This document shows positions 46,614 through 63,000 of a stretch of DNA of 64,000 bases, piece by piece. Both the position numbers and the translations under genes were made by a program. Location: NCBI GenBank assembly GCA_964016885.1, contig OZ024742.1, positions 158,906,001-158,970,000 of the forward strand, written 5' to 3'. The notes under the pieces were generated by a model. That model searched no databases, was not told the DNA's origin, and saw nothing but the letters and a program-made list of their open reading frames with translations. The stretch is from Eledone cirrhosa. Lineage: Eukaryota. Position 1 is the first letter of the stretch, and each line of letters starts with the position of its first letter.

Positions 46614-46645
<32 letters not shown>

Positions 46646-46794
46646 ATATATATTATATATATATATATATTATAATATATATATAAATATATTATATATA
46701 TATATATTATATACATTATATATATTATATATATATATTATATATATATATATTATATATATATATATTATATATATACATATATATATATTAT

Positions 46795-46970
46795 TGGCAG
46801 TATCGGTAGAGGGTTGGACGCCATGCTTTCCAGCATAGTTACGTCCCTTTACGATCTGAGTTCAAATCCCGCCGAGGTTAACTTTGCCTTTCATCCTTAT
46901 GGGGTCGATAAAATAAAGTACCAGTAATGCACTGGTAATTGCTGGCCTTGTGCCTAAAGGAGAAACAATT
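46795..46970 (+). mobile_element. tRNA-derived SINE with MetaSINE-like central domain
   Basis: tggcagtatcgg...gagttcaaatccc...gcctttcatccttatggggtcgataaaataaagtaccag. Confidence 0.75.
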
Positions 46971-47040
46971 ATATATATATATTATATATATAAAAATTAT
47001 ATTATATATATATATTATATATATATATATATTATATATA

Positions 47041-48596
47041 TTTAATACAATAACAGAGATAGCTTAACGCTAAACTCAGACTGGTAACCATCTCACTCAA
47101 CAAACATTAGGTTATATGTTAGTATAATCCAATTTAAGTGTTTGGGGTGCTAACTATATGTATTTTGTGGAAAGCCAGTTGTATTATTTTATGAGATATA
47201 ATTAAAGTTAAAATATATCTCTCTTTCCAAATAATTGTTTCATTATAAGTTTTCTACAAATTGGGAGAATGTTTCCAGTTTATGTAGAAGCCTAACATAT
47301 ATTCATGTAAGAATATATTTAGGTGGGCACTTATAAATCTTCAGTGGAAGCCCATTAAACTTTGATATAAGAAAAAATTCTTACCGCAGTTAAAAATCGT
47401 GTCTGCTAAGCTGCTCCTTCACGCATCGAATGAACGCCAAATTTGAAATTCCAGCAGTCTTTTGACTGAGGAAGTTTCAAGCGTCACGAAGCGGGAAAGG
47501 GAGACAACCACGATACACGAGAACAGAAAAAAATAATATACACTCGGGTTAATTAGTTTTTTCAAAAACATTATCAATCCAACGGGTTAAGAACTCAATT
47601 GAAATTAAAAAAATAAATGTATGCCTGTATTAATTACACACTCATATAGATATTTTCTTAGGCTAAAAACAGAGGTGATACCAAAATAACAAACCGCATC
47701 ACATCACCGCAGCAAATACTGAAGGTTACACTTTAAAAGCGATTGGGAATGTAAATCTCTGGCCAAATTAAGAGTAAAATATTTAATACACGCGGGTTAA
47801 TTAGTTATTTAAAACTATTATCAATTCCACGTGTTAAGAACTCAATTAATTTAAAAAAATAAATATATGCATGTAATTATTTACACACGCATATATATAT
47901 TTTCTTAGGCTAAAAACAGAGAAGTGACAACCAAAAAACCTCCATATCTCACATCAGTAACAAATACAGAAAGTCATGTTTATAAGGTACTTGGAAATAA
48001 GTACCTCTGGCCAAATCAAGAGTAACATATTTAATACAATAACAGAGATAGCTTAACGCTAAACTCAGACTGGTAACCATCTCACTCAACAAACATTAGG
48101 TTATATGTTAGTATAATCCAATTTAAATGTTTGGGGTGCTAACTATATGTATTTTGTGGAAAGCCAGTTGTATTATTTTATGAGATATAATTAAAGTTAA
48201 AATATATCTCTCTTTCCAAACAATTGTTTCATTATAAGTTTTCTATAAATTGGGAGAATGTTTCCAGTTTATGTCGAAGCCTAACATATATTCATGTAAG
48301 AATATATTTAGGTGGGCACTTATAATTCTTCAGTGGAAGCCCATTAAACTTTGATATGAGAAAAAATTCTTACCGCAGTTAAAAATCGTGTCTGCTAAGC
48401 TGCTCCTTCACGCATCGAATGACCGCCAAATTTGAAATTCCAGCAGTCTTTTGACTGTGGAAGTTTCATAGCGTCACGAAGCAGGAAAGGGAGACAACCA
48501 TGATACACGAGAACAGAAAAAAATAATATACACTCGGGTTAATTAGTTTTTTCAAAAACATTATCAATCCAACGTGTTAAGAACTCAATTGAAATT
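47041..48596. repeat. 989-bp tandem repeat (~1.6 units) with internal ~250-bp sub-repeats
   Basis: tttaatacaataacagagatagc at 47041 and 48030. Sub-repeat cgggttaattagtt...ttaagaactcaatt at ~47545 and ~47793. Confidence 0.85.
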
Positions 48597-48997
48597 ATAT
48601 ATTATATATATATTATATTATATATATTATATTATATTATATTATATTATATTATATTATATTATATTATATTATATTATATTATATTATATTATATTAT
48701 ATTATATTATATTATATTATATTATATTATATTTGAAACTATATTTATAAAACCATATTTATTTCATTATACATATTTCAGGGATACCCTATTAAAAATA
48801 TGGCATGCCTTCGTCAGATAAAATACAATATATAAACAGTTTTATAAATAATTTTGACGTACCATATTATAAGCGACCATTATATTAGGAAGCTGTCTGT
48901 GTTGCAACCCAACAATTTTAAATAAAACCTTTGCATATATATATTATATATATATATTTATATTATATATATATATATATATTATATATATATATAT

Positions 48998-49029
<32 letters not shown>

Positions 49030-49050
49030 ATATTATATATATATATATAT

Positions 49051-49081
<31 letters not shown>

Positions 49082-49112
49082 ATATATATATGTTATATAT
49101 ATATATATATAT

Positions 49113-49145
<33 letters not shown>

Positions 49146-49597
49146 ATATATATATATTATATATATATATTATATATATATATATTATATATATATTATA
49201 TATATATATATTATATATATATATAATATTATATTCTATATTATATATATATATATATATATAATATTATATTCTATATTATATATATATATATATTATG
49301 TATATATATATATTGTATATATATTATATATATATATATATTATATATATATTATATATATATATAATATTATATTCTATATTATATATATGTATATATA
49401 ATATTATATTCTATATTATATATATATATATATTATGTATATATATATATATATATTATATATATTATATTATATATATATATATATTATATTATATATA
49501 TATATATATTATATATATATATTATATTATATATATTATATATATATATATATTATATTATATATATTATATATATATATATATATTATATATATAT

Positions 49598-49995
49598 GGA
49601 AAGTTATATTTAAATTGTTGGGTTACAACGAGTAAATATTTATAACTGATATAAAAGCACTCAACAAGTATTTGGAGTATATTTACGATATTAAATAAAT
49701 GGAAATTATATTTATAAAACCATATTTATTTCATTATATATATTTCAGGGATATCATATTAAAAATATGTTATGCCTTCTTCAGACAAAATACAATATAA
49801 ACAGTCTTATAAATAGATAGATTCGACATACCTTTCAACATCGACTTGCATTTGAAAAGTTGATTTATAAGACAGTTTATATTGTATTTTGTCTGAAGAA
49901 GGCATAACATATTTTTAATATGATATCCCTGAAATATATATAATGAAATAAATATGGTTTTATAAATATAATTTCCATTTATTTAATATCGTATA
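49598..49995. repeat. Family F fold-back copy
   Basis: 49685-49815 is mirrored by 49865-49995. CTGAAGA-agg...cct-GAAA core. Confidence 0.8.
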
Positions 49996-50080
49996 TTATA
50001 TATATATATATATATTTTATATATATATATATTATATATATATATATTATATTGTATATATATATATTATATTATATATA

Positions 50081-50119
<39 letters not shown>

Positions 50120-50161
50120 TATATATATATATATATTATATATATATATATATTATATATA

Positions 50162-50226
<65 letters not shown>

Positions 50227-50227
<1 letters not shown>

Positions 50228-50510
50228 AAGGCGGTTAAAATTCCCGAGATCCATGGACTAGTTCTCTCCAGCGGTCTCTGTCCCTCATTATCGCTGCCAT
50301 GTCCTGCCTCTCCAACAGACCAGTGTCTGTCCTTAGCGCATCAACATACGTTAACCTTGGTCTTCCCCTTCTAGTGTGTCCATGTAGAGGCTCCCAAAGG
50401 AGCACTGTGTGCAATGTCAACTCTGGATGTCGGTGAACATGTCCAGCTAACCTCAGTCTCCTCTGTGTCACTTTTGAGCTGACTTTTGGGATGCTCCCAT
50501 ACAGCTCTCA
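50227..50510 (-). mobile_element. RTE-like LINE 3' fragment
   Basis: RRLRLAGHVHRH...GRPRLTYVDAL...DRDRWRELV. Confidence 0.8.
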
Positions 50511-50664
50511 GTTTTTCACTCTCAGTGTATACTGATTAATGTATATAATATATATATATAATATATATATATATATTATATATATATATATTATATTATA
50601 TATATATATATTATATTATATATATATTATATTATATATATATATATTATATATATATATATAT

Positions 50665-50696
<32 letters not shown>

Positions 50697-50753
50697 ATAT
50701 TATATATATATATATATATTATATATATATATATATTATATATATATATATAT

Positions 50754-50785
<32 letters not shown>

Positions 50786-50847
50786 TATATATATTATATA
50801 TATATTATATATATTATATATATATTATATATATTATATATATATTA

Positions 50848-51038
<191 letters not shown>

Positions 51039-51164
51039 GAATTAGAATTTACCTTCGAACAGCTGTATACAAATACACATTTAAATTTCGTATTTCTAAA
51101 GAAATACGTTATGTTTATAAATAAACATTTAGAAACCCATAGCTATGAATAACACTGCCAGCCA

Positions 51165-51365
51165 ATATATATATATGTATATATATGTGTGTGTGTGTGT
51201 GTGTGTATGTGTGTGTGTGTGTGTGTCTGTGTGTGTGTCTGTCTGTCTGTCTGTCTGTGTGTGTGTGTGTGTGCGTGCGTGCGTGTGTGTGTGTGTGTGT
51301 ATGTAGGTAAGTATGTAGGTAGAGAGGTAGGTAAGTAATGTATAGCTGTATGTATATAAACATAC

Positions 51366-51421
<56 letters not shown>

Positions 51422-51483
51422 TAGGTAAGTAGGTAGGTAGAGAGGTAGGTAAGTAATGTAGAGCTGTATGTACATAAACATAC

Positions 51484-51561
<78 letters not shown>

Positions 51562-51640
51562 TGTGTGTGGTGTGTGTGTAGGTAAGTAGGTAGGTAGAGA
51601 GGTAGGTAAGTAATGTAGAGCTGTATGTACATAAACATAC

Positions 51641-51724
<84 letters not shown>

Positions 51725-51803
51725 TGTGTGTGGTGTGTGTGTAGGTAAGTAGGTAGGTAGAGAGGTAGGTAAGTAATGTAGAGCTGTATGTATATAAACA
51801 TAC

Positions 51804-51877
<74 letters not shown>

Positions 51878-51947
51878 TGTGTATGTAGGTAAGTAGGTAG
51901 GTAGAGAGGTAGGTAAGTAATGTAGAGCTGTATGTATATAAACATAC

Positions 51948-52023
<76 letters not shown>

Positions 52024-52060
52024 AGGTAAGTAATGTAGAGCTGTATGTATATAAACATAC

Positions 52061-52134
<74 letters not shown>

Positions 52135-52171
52135 AGGTAAGTAATGTAGAGCTGTATGTATATAAACATAC

Positions 52172-52223
<52 letters not shown>

Positions 52224-52260
52224 AGGTAAGTAATGTAGAGCTGTATGTATATAAACATAC
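51165..52260. repeat. Compound minisatellite: constant spacer + variable (GT)n
   Basis: aggtaagtaatgtagagctgtatgtatataaacatac occurs ~8 times between GT runs. Confidence 0.9.
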
Positions 52261-53149
52261 GCATTAAACGATGCACGTTTCGCATTTTTTTTTAAGTCAC
52301 TTTCAAGAGCCGAATTTTAATTTATTTAATTTCATGAACACACAATTACCAATGCAAATGAACAATAATAATAATAAATCAGTTCTTTTATTGGGGTAAT
52401 TTATTTCATTATATTGCTTATTATATGGATCTTTATTCACCTAACCTCTAAAAAGAACGAGAGGGAGTTTGAGAGAGAGGAGGGAAGGTATGACAGAGAA
52501 ATAAAGAATAAAGAAAGCATGAGCGAGAGAGAGATGGTGATGATGATGAGGAGGAGGAGGAGGAGGCGGAGTAAGAGGGGGAAGGAGGAGGAGGGGGCAT
52601 AATAGAATACGAGAGAGAAAAACGGATAAAAATGTGAATAATGAGAGGGAAAACGGAAACACACCGGGAGAGAAGGAGTAAAGGAAATAGAAGTTGCTTG
52701 GTTAGAAATTCGAAATAAATGCGTTATTCATTAGGCCGACTATCACTGTTCAATAAATATCTACTTGTATCTGTGCATACTGCAAACTTGAACTGAATAA
52801 GGCATTTATTCGCATAAACAGCTCTTTGCTAAACCTTTATTCGTATACCATAATATAGTATTACGTTCATGATATCCCAGGGCACTAACGGGTGACTCTT
52901 CTAGTTACAGGTAAATAGATGTGTTTATGAATGAGTCGCATCTTCGATTCCAAATCTACATACGAAGTTTGAAGTGCTGCAGCTGTTTTTTCCATCAAGA
53001 TGAACATTCCAATTAAATAAAATTATTAGGAAGATGGTTTAGTAATTTAGTTATATAAAAAAAAAAAGTGAATTATATATTTCTACTTATGTTGAAACTA
53101 ATAATATGAAATATTGTAATTGGAATTTGTTGTTGGTTGACGAGATTTT

Positions 53150-53295
53150 TTATTTTTGTGAAAGATTAAATTTGAGCAAATATGATTAACAACACAAATT
53201 TTAAACAAACCAACCCCCACATTGGCATCTCACACATCCCCTCACACATATATATATACATAGGTATATAGACATATATATATATACTTACATAC

Positions 53296-53348
<53 letters not shown>

Positions 53349-53500
53349 ACGTGTATACATACATAATACATACATACAAAGGTACGTACATATATACATA
53401 TATACATACATACGTACATACATACATACATACATACATACATACATACATACATACATACATACATACATACATACATACATACATACATACATACATA
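53150..53500. repeat. Dispersed repeat, second copy at 63730-64000
   Basis: gattaaatttgagcaaatatgattaacaacacaaat...ggcatc.cacacatcccc is shared. Confidence 0.75.
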
Positions 53501-53683
53501 CATAGGTGGCACCTTCAAAATATGCAAAACATTCTTACGATTCAAGGGATGACAATTTCTTTTCTTTTACAACCTTGCCACCAGGAAGGTGGCCGGTCAA
53601 AAATGTACTCGAAATTAAGAGAAAGAGAAACATACATGTATACATACGTATGTACACACGCACATACATACATACATACATAC

Positions 53684-54293
53684 ATGGTGGCTGCCAACTC
53701 GTTTTCGAGTACGGCCACTACTTTATATCCATGTAGGAGAACCCCTACCGATGCGCTGAACGAGTGTGACTTTTTAGTCCACCCAGCGACTTGAAAACTA
53801 TGGTACAAACACTATACTTGTGACAATTATTGGCACAGAGTGCTGGGCCCATGGTACCATGTGACGACAAGTGCAGAGAGATCTCCAGATATAAAGCAAT
53901 GCCTGTGCCGTGAAGCTTTTATAGTGAGCAAAGGCACTGCACAAAGCCAGTCCCACTCTCTTAACCAAGATGATATTTACCAAAAAGAAGAACAAGTCAA
54001 CATCATTGGATACCATCAGGGTTGCAGGTGTTATATCAGAGTTTTCCTTCTCCTAGAATTCTGCCTTGACAAAGGCTAAGGGGTCATCTCTCCCGGTGAT
54101 TTTGGATGGCCATTGACTCTTAAGAGCTCCTTTGCCCTTTGACAGGTTTTGTTTTTAGTCCTGCAGGATGTCCAAAGTCACCCACCTCACCAAGAAACCT
54201 TGGTGGGGTTGCCAGTTTAGTCGCCAACGACCCGACCTTGAGACAGGTTGTACTGGGATACATGTTACCAGTAGCACCAACTGGTGACCTGAC
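53684..54293 (-). mobile_element. RTE-derived non-autonomous element, full copy
   Basis: Near-identical to 26241-26848, with the same 5' and 3' ends. Confidence 0.9.
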
Positions 54294-54433
54294 ATACATA
54301 TATATATACATACACATATACATACACATATATACACACACACACATATATACATACACACATACATACACATATATATACATACATATATATATACATA
54401 CATATATATATACACATACACATATACATATAC

Positions 54434-54464
<31 letters not shown>

Positions 54465-54532
54465 CATACACACATATACATACACACATACATATACATA
54501 CATACACACACACACATATATATACATACATA

Positions 54533-54570
<38 letters not shown>

Positions 54571-55081
54571 CACACATATATATATATACATACATATATA
54601 TATACATACATATATATATATACATACATATATACATATACATACATATATACATATATATACATACATACATACACATACATACATATATACATATACA
54701 TACATATACATATATATATACATACATACATATACATATATATATACATACATATACATACATATATACATATATACATATATATACATACACATATATA
54801 TATATACATATATATACATACATATATATATATATACATATATATACATACATATATATATATATACATATATATACATACATATATATATATATACATA
54901 TATATACATACATATATATATATATACATATATATACATACACATATATATATATACATATATATACATACATATATATATATACACATATATATATACA
55001 CACACATACACATACATATACATACATACACATACATATACATACACATACATACATATATATATACATACATATACATAC

Positions 55082-55132
<51 letters not shown>

Positions 55133-55261
55133 CATACATATATACATACATACATATATACATACATATATATATACATACATATATATATACATACATA
55201 TATACATACATATATATATACATACATATACACACATATATATACATACATACACATACAC

Positions 55262-55312
<51 letters not shown>

Positions 55313-55893
55313 CATACACACACATATACATACATATATACATACATACATATATACATACATATATACATACACATATACATACACATACATACATATA
55401 TATATACACACATATATACATACATATATATATACATACACATACATATATATATACATACACATACATATATATATACACATACATATATATATACATA
55501 CATATATACATACATACATATATATACACATACATATATATACACATACATATATATACACATACATATATATACACATACATATATATACACATACATA
55601 TATATATACATACATATATATATACATACATATACATATACATACATATACATATACATACATATACATACATACATATACATACATACACATACATACA
55701 TACACATACATATACATACATACATACATATATATATACATACATATACATATACATACATATATACATACATATATACATATACATACATATATATACA
55801 CACATACATACACACATACATATACATACATATATACATACATATATACACTCATATATACATACATATATATATACACATATACATACACAT

Positions 55894-56352
55894 ATGGTGG
55901 CTGCCAACTCGTTTTCGAGTACGGCCACTACTTTATATCCATGTAGGAGAACCCCTACCGATGCGCTGAACGAGTGTGACTTTTTAGTCCAGCCAGCGAC
56001 TTGAAAACTCTGGTACAAACACTACACCTGTGACAATTACTGACACATAGTGCTGGGCCCATGGTACCATGTGACGACAAGTGCAGAGAGATCTCCAGAT
56101 ATAAAGCAATGCCTGTGCCGTGAAGCTTTTATAGTGAGCAAAGGCACTGCACAAAGCCAGTCCCACTCTCTTAACCAAGATGATATTTACCAAAAAGAAG
56201 AACAAGTCAACATCATTGGATACCATCAGGGTTGCAGGTGTTATATCAGAGTTTTCCTTCTCCTAGAATTCTGCCTTGACAAAGGCTAAGGGGTCATCTC
56301 TCCCAGTGATTTTGGATGGCCATTGACTCTTAAGAGCTCCTTTGCCCTTTGA
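55894..56352 (-). mobile_element. RTE-derived non-autonomous element, 5'-truncated
   Basis: Same 3' end; truncated at tttgccctttga. Confidence 0.9.
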
Positions 56353-56374
56353 TATACATACATTTGCCCTTTGA

Positions 56375-57132
56375 TATACATACATATATACACACATATA
56401 TACATACATATACACATACATATATACATACATATATACATACATATATACATACATACATATATACACATATATATATATACATACATATATACATACA
56501 TACATATATATATACATACATATATATATACATACATATATATATACATACATATATACATACATACATATATATATACATACATATATATATACATACA
56601 TACATACATACATACACATATATATACACACATATATATATACATACATACATATATACACACATATATATATACATACATATATATATACATACATATA
56701 TACATACATACATATACATACACACATACATACACATATATATACATACATACATATATATATACACATATACACATATACATACATATATATATACATA
56801 CATATATATATACATACATATATATATACATACATACACACACATATATACATATACATACATATATATATACATATATATATATATACATACATATATA
56901 TATACATACATATATATATACATACACATATACACACACACATATATATATACATACATATATATATATATACAAACATATATATATACATACATATATA
57001 TATACATACATACATATACATACATATATGTACATACATACATACATACATATACATACATATATGTACATACATACATATACATACATACATATATGTA
57101 CATACATACATACATACATACATACATGTACA

Positions 57133-57168
<36 letters not shown>

Positions 57169-57561
57169 CATACATACATATATACATATACATACATACA
57201 TATATATATATACATACATATATATATATATACATACATATATACATATACATACATACATATATATACATACATACATATATATATATACATACATACA
57301 TACATATATACACATACATATATACACATACATACATATATACATACATATATATACACACATGCATATATATATATACATGCATATATATATATACATA
57401 CATATATACATACACATACATATATATATATACATACATATATATATATACATACATATATATATATACATACATATATATATACATACATATATATATA
57501 CATACATATATATATATATACATACATATATATATACATACATATATATTATACATACATA

Positions 57562-57602
<41 letters not shown>

Positions 57603-57885
57603 ACATACATACATATACATACATATATACATATACATACATATATATATATATACATACATATATACATATACATACATATATATATATACATACATAT
57701 ATATATATACATACATATATATATATACATACATATATATATATACATATATATATACATACATATATATATACATACATATATATATATACATACATAT
57801 ACATATACATACATATACATATACACACATATATACATACACATACATACATATATATATATACATACATATATATATACATACA

Positions 57886-57926
<41 letters not shown>

Positions 57927-58035
57927 ACATACATACATATATATACATACATATACATACATACATACATATATATACATACATACATATATATACATAC
58001 ATACATATACATACATATATATATATACATACATA

Positions 58036-58081
<46 letters not shown>

Positions 58082-58093
58082 CATATACATACA

Positions 58094-58133
<40 letters not shown>

Positions 58134-58168
58134 CATACATATATATATATACATACATATATACATAC

Positions 58169-58199
<31 letters not shown>

Positions 58200-58283
58200 C
58201 ATACATACATACATATACATACATATATATATATATATATACATACATACATACATACATATATATACATATATATACATACA

Positions 58284-58315
<32 letters not shown>

Positions 58316-58628
58316 CATATATATATACATATATATACATACATATATATATATATACATATATATACATACATATATATATTTATACATATATATACAT
58401 ACATATATATATATATACATATATATACATACATATATATATATATACATATATATACATACATATATATATATATACATATACATACATACATATATAT
58501 ATATATACATATATATACATACATATATATATATATACATATATATACATACATATATATATATATACACATACATACATACATATATATATACATACAT
58601 ATATATATACATATATATACATACATAC

Positions 58629-58675
<47 letters not shown>

Positions 58676-58753
58676 CATACATATATATATACATACATAT
58701 ATACATACATATATATATACATACATATATATATACATACATATATACATACA

Positions 58754-58821
<68 letters not shown>

Positions 58822-59349
58822 CATACATATATATATACATACATATATACATACATATACATACATATATATATACATACATATACATACATATATATAT
58901 ACATACATATATACATACATATATATATACATACACATATATATATACATACACATACATATATACATACACACACATATATATATACATACATATATAT
59001 ACACATACATATATATACACATACATATATATATACATACATATATATATACATACATATACATATACATACATATACACATATATACATACATACATAT
59101 ACATACATACACATACATACATACATATATACATACATACATACATATATATATACATATATACATACATATATATATACACATACATACATATACACAC
59201 ATACATACATACATACACATACACACACATACACATATACATACATATATACATACATATATATATACATATATACATACATATATATACACATATATAC
59301 ATACATATATATATACATACATACATACACATATATATACACATATACA

Positions 59350-59381
<32 letters not shown>

Positions 59382-59562
59382 CATACATATACATATACAT
59401 ATATATATATATACATACATATACATATACATACATATATATATACATACATATATATATACATACATATATATATACATATATATACACATACATACAT
59501 ATATACATACATACATATATATACACACACATACACACATACATACATACATATATACACAC
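56375..59562. repeat. ~3.2-kb (CATA)/(TA) microsatellite
   Basis: Directly visible; a similar 1.6-kb tract lies at 54294-55893. Confidence 0.95.
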
Positions 59563-59855
59563 ATATCATCTTGGTTAAGAGAGTGGGACTGGCTTTGTGC
59601 AGTGCCTTTGCTCACTATAAAAGCTTCACGGCACAGGCATTGCTTTATATCTGGAGATCTCTCTGCACTTGCCGTCACATGGTACCATGGGCCCAGCACT
59701 ATGTGTCAATAATTGTCACAAGTGTAGTGTTTGTACCAGAGTTTTCAAGTCGCTGGCTGGACTAAAAAGTCACACTCGTTCAGCGCATCGGTAGGGGTTC
59801 TCCTACATGGATATAAAGTAGTGGCCGTACTCGAAAACGAGTTGGCAGCCACCAT
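59563..59855 (+). mobile_element. RTE-derived non-autonomous element, 5'-truncated
   Basis: 3' ~290 bp of the family, in the opposite orientation. Confidence 0.9.
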
Positions 59856-60097
59856 GTATATATGTATGTATGTATATATATATGTATATATACATACATA
59901 CATACATACATACATACATACATACATACATACATGCATACATACATACATACATACATACATACATACATACATACATACATACATGCATACATGCATA
60001 CATACATACATGCATACATACATACATACATACATACATACATACATACATACATACATACATACATACATACATACATACATACATACATACATAC

Positions 60098-63000
60098 ATG
60101 ATGGCTGCCCCTTCGTTATCGAGTATGGCCATTGCACGAGAAGAAAAAAAAACATAATAATAACAATAATAATAATAGCAACAATAATAACAGCGAGAAC
60201 AACAACAATAATAATATACATATATATATAAATACACACGCGCACACACATAAACATATCTACACACACACGATAGCAATTAACAGCGCTGCGATCAGAT
60301 GTGACATTTAAGCCCAGCCAATGATGTAAAATGTCTTGCACAGAGTCGGCAACCAAAACATTCACTGGGAATAGCCGGCTGTGGTTGGAGTTCATGTACT
60401 TTTGCATGTCGCTTGAGCCCTCCTGCTGATTTACATTCTCTACCACATGCTTGGCAAGCATGATGAGTAGCATCTCCAACAGCAGCCTGGTAGTCAACCA
60501 CTGGTCTTACTTTATGACTGCGAAGAAGACTTTCGAGTCCAGCTTTGCTTAGGCAGAGTCTCGCACAGACGTGCATGTCAGTGACATAAGAGGACCTTCG
60601 CCGTCTGGAAATGCAACAGCAATGCCCTTCCTCACATCCCGCTTTACTTTCTCGTATGCAATTCGAGATGCCTCAAAGGCAACTTTCCGCTCGTATACAG
60701 TCTTTCTCCATTTATTACGAGCAGCAGCAACATTTTCCCATGTATCAGCAGAGATGTTAGCGTCTTTCAGATAGGCTTTCAAGGAATCCTTATACCTCTT
60801 TTTGGTTTATGTAGCGGTCGTTTTCCTTTAACCAACTCTCCATAAAAGAGTTGTTTTGGTATTCTAGAATCCTTCATCCTGGCAAGGTGACTACTCCAAC
60901 GGAGTCGTTGCTTAAGCACAAGAGCTTCTATACTGTCACACATAGAGCTTTCCAAAATCTAGACATCACTGATGTGGTCCCTCCAGTGAACGCCATGGAT
61001 CCGTCTGAGACACATCTGATGGAAATGCTCCAATTGCTTAAGGTGGTGTCGATATGTGACCCAGGTCTCGTAGGCATAAAGAAAAGAAGAGAGCACACAT
61101 GCCTTGTACACCTTTACCTTTGTCTTCTTGCATATGTCTCGCCGACCCCAGAGTCGCATTTCTAGCTTTCCGAAAGCATCACTTGCTTTCCTAATCCTGA
61201 GTGGGATTTTATTATCAAGGTTGCTGTATCGAGGTAGACAAACTGATCAAGGTAGACAAACTGATCAACCACTCCAAGTCGTTTACCATACACATAGATA
61301 TTTGCTTCCCTGTACTGCTTACCAGGGGAAGGTTGGTACATGACGATGGTTTTCTTGAGACTGACAGTCAATCCTAGGGCAGTGCAAGCATCGCAATCAT
61401 CTGCATACAAGAAGTCTCTTATGATTGATGTAAATACTTTTGTTTTCGCAGCAAAGCGCCTGATGTTAAATATGCTGCCTGAGGTTCGATATCGGATGTA
61501 AACACCATGCTCGCAATTCCTGAATGCAATACAGAAAACCATTGCAAAGTATATGGCAAACAGGGTCGGTGCTGGAATATCCCCCTGTTTCACTCCATTT
61601 TTTACTGAGATAGGCTCCGACATGTTACCTCCGATATTAACCCAAGCCTTCGTGTGGTCATGGAAAGACCTAACTAAAGCAAGGAACTTATCAGGGCAAC
61701 CAAGTTTCTGGAGAACCTTCCATAATGCATTTCTGTTAACAGTATCGAAAGCTTTTGTCAGATCGACAAAAGCCTGATACAGATCGAAACCTTGTTCCAT
61801 GCACTTCTCCTGGAGCTGTCTAGCTGAGAAGATTATATCAGTAGTGCCGCGTCCAGCACGAAAACCAGATTGACTTTCAGGAAGAACACAATCTGCAATG
61901 TGTGTCAGCATACGGTCCAGAAGCACCCTACATAAAATTTCCCTATGACAGAAAGCAATGATATACCTCTGTAGTTTCCACAATCATTCCTGTTACCTTT
62001 TCCCTTATACAAGACCACCATTACTGCATCTCTCCAGTTGTCAGGTACGGATTCATTAGCCCATATCCTTCCGAACAAAGAGTGAAGATGTTGCAGGAGT
62101 CTCTCACCACCATATTGTAGGAGCTCTAAATGTATGCCATCCATACCTGGAGACCTTCCACTGTTCAGCTTCGAGATAGCCACTGCAACCTCCACAAACC
62201 GTCGGAGGTTCTGCGAGAGCTACCTTCACGGGACTTTCTGGAATGAGATTGAGCAAATCTTCATTGACGACAGACGGCTGATTCAAAAGCTCATGAAAAG
62301 TGCTCTCGCCACCTTCGTAGAATTCCTTATGAGTCACGAAGATGTTCTTTGCCATCCTTGCTGCGAAGCGGTGTCACCGGAGAAGACAGTCCATAAACTT
62401 CACACAAGAGACTGTACAACAGCTTTGTGTTATTGGAAACTTACGCAGTTTGTATCTCATCAGCCTTCTCACTCCACCACTGATCCTTCATCTGAGAAAG
62501 ACTCCGCCTAACACGTGATTTCACATCCTTGAGTACCTTATGCAACATATTCTTCTCCTGTGGTTTTGCCATCAAGTAGCGTGACAGAGCACGCCTCTTA
62601 TCAGCCAACAAGTCTTCTATATGTTCATCATTCTCATTAAACCAGTCTTGATGTTTTCTCTGCACAAAACACGCCTGCCTACATCATAAACCGACGTTTT
62701 AAGGGTCGGTCAATTCTCACCAAGGTCTGCAACCTGCATCTCTTCTTCCAATGTCCTCTTCACATTTTTATCCCTAAGACGAGCAGCATTCAAACTTTTG
62801 AGCAGGCCAACGCCAGGAGCCCGGATTTTACGTTTAGTGATTAGTTTCACTTTTACGCGTACCAGGCGGTGGTCCGTCCAGCACTCAGCTCCACGAAGAC
62901 CACGAATACACTGCACATCTCGTCTGTCACGCATCCTGACTAGGACGTAGTCCAAAAGATGCCATTCCTTAGATGCAGAATGCAGTCATGTGATCTTAAG

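Noticed and set aside
46795-46880. tRNA gene
   Set aside because: A/B boxes only, no cloverleaf, and it continues into a SINE body.
47260-47350. CTGAAGA...GAAAC on the minus strand of the 989-bp repeat as an HHR
   Set aside because: Stem I does not pair and stem II does not abut the GAAA.
51165-52260. Constant repeat with variable spacers resembling a CRISPR array
   Set aside because: The spacers are just (GT)n, the context is eukaryotic, and there are no cas genes.
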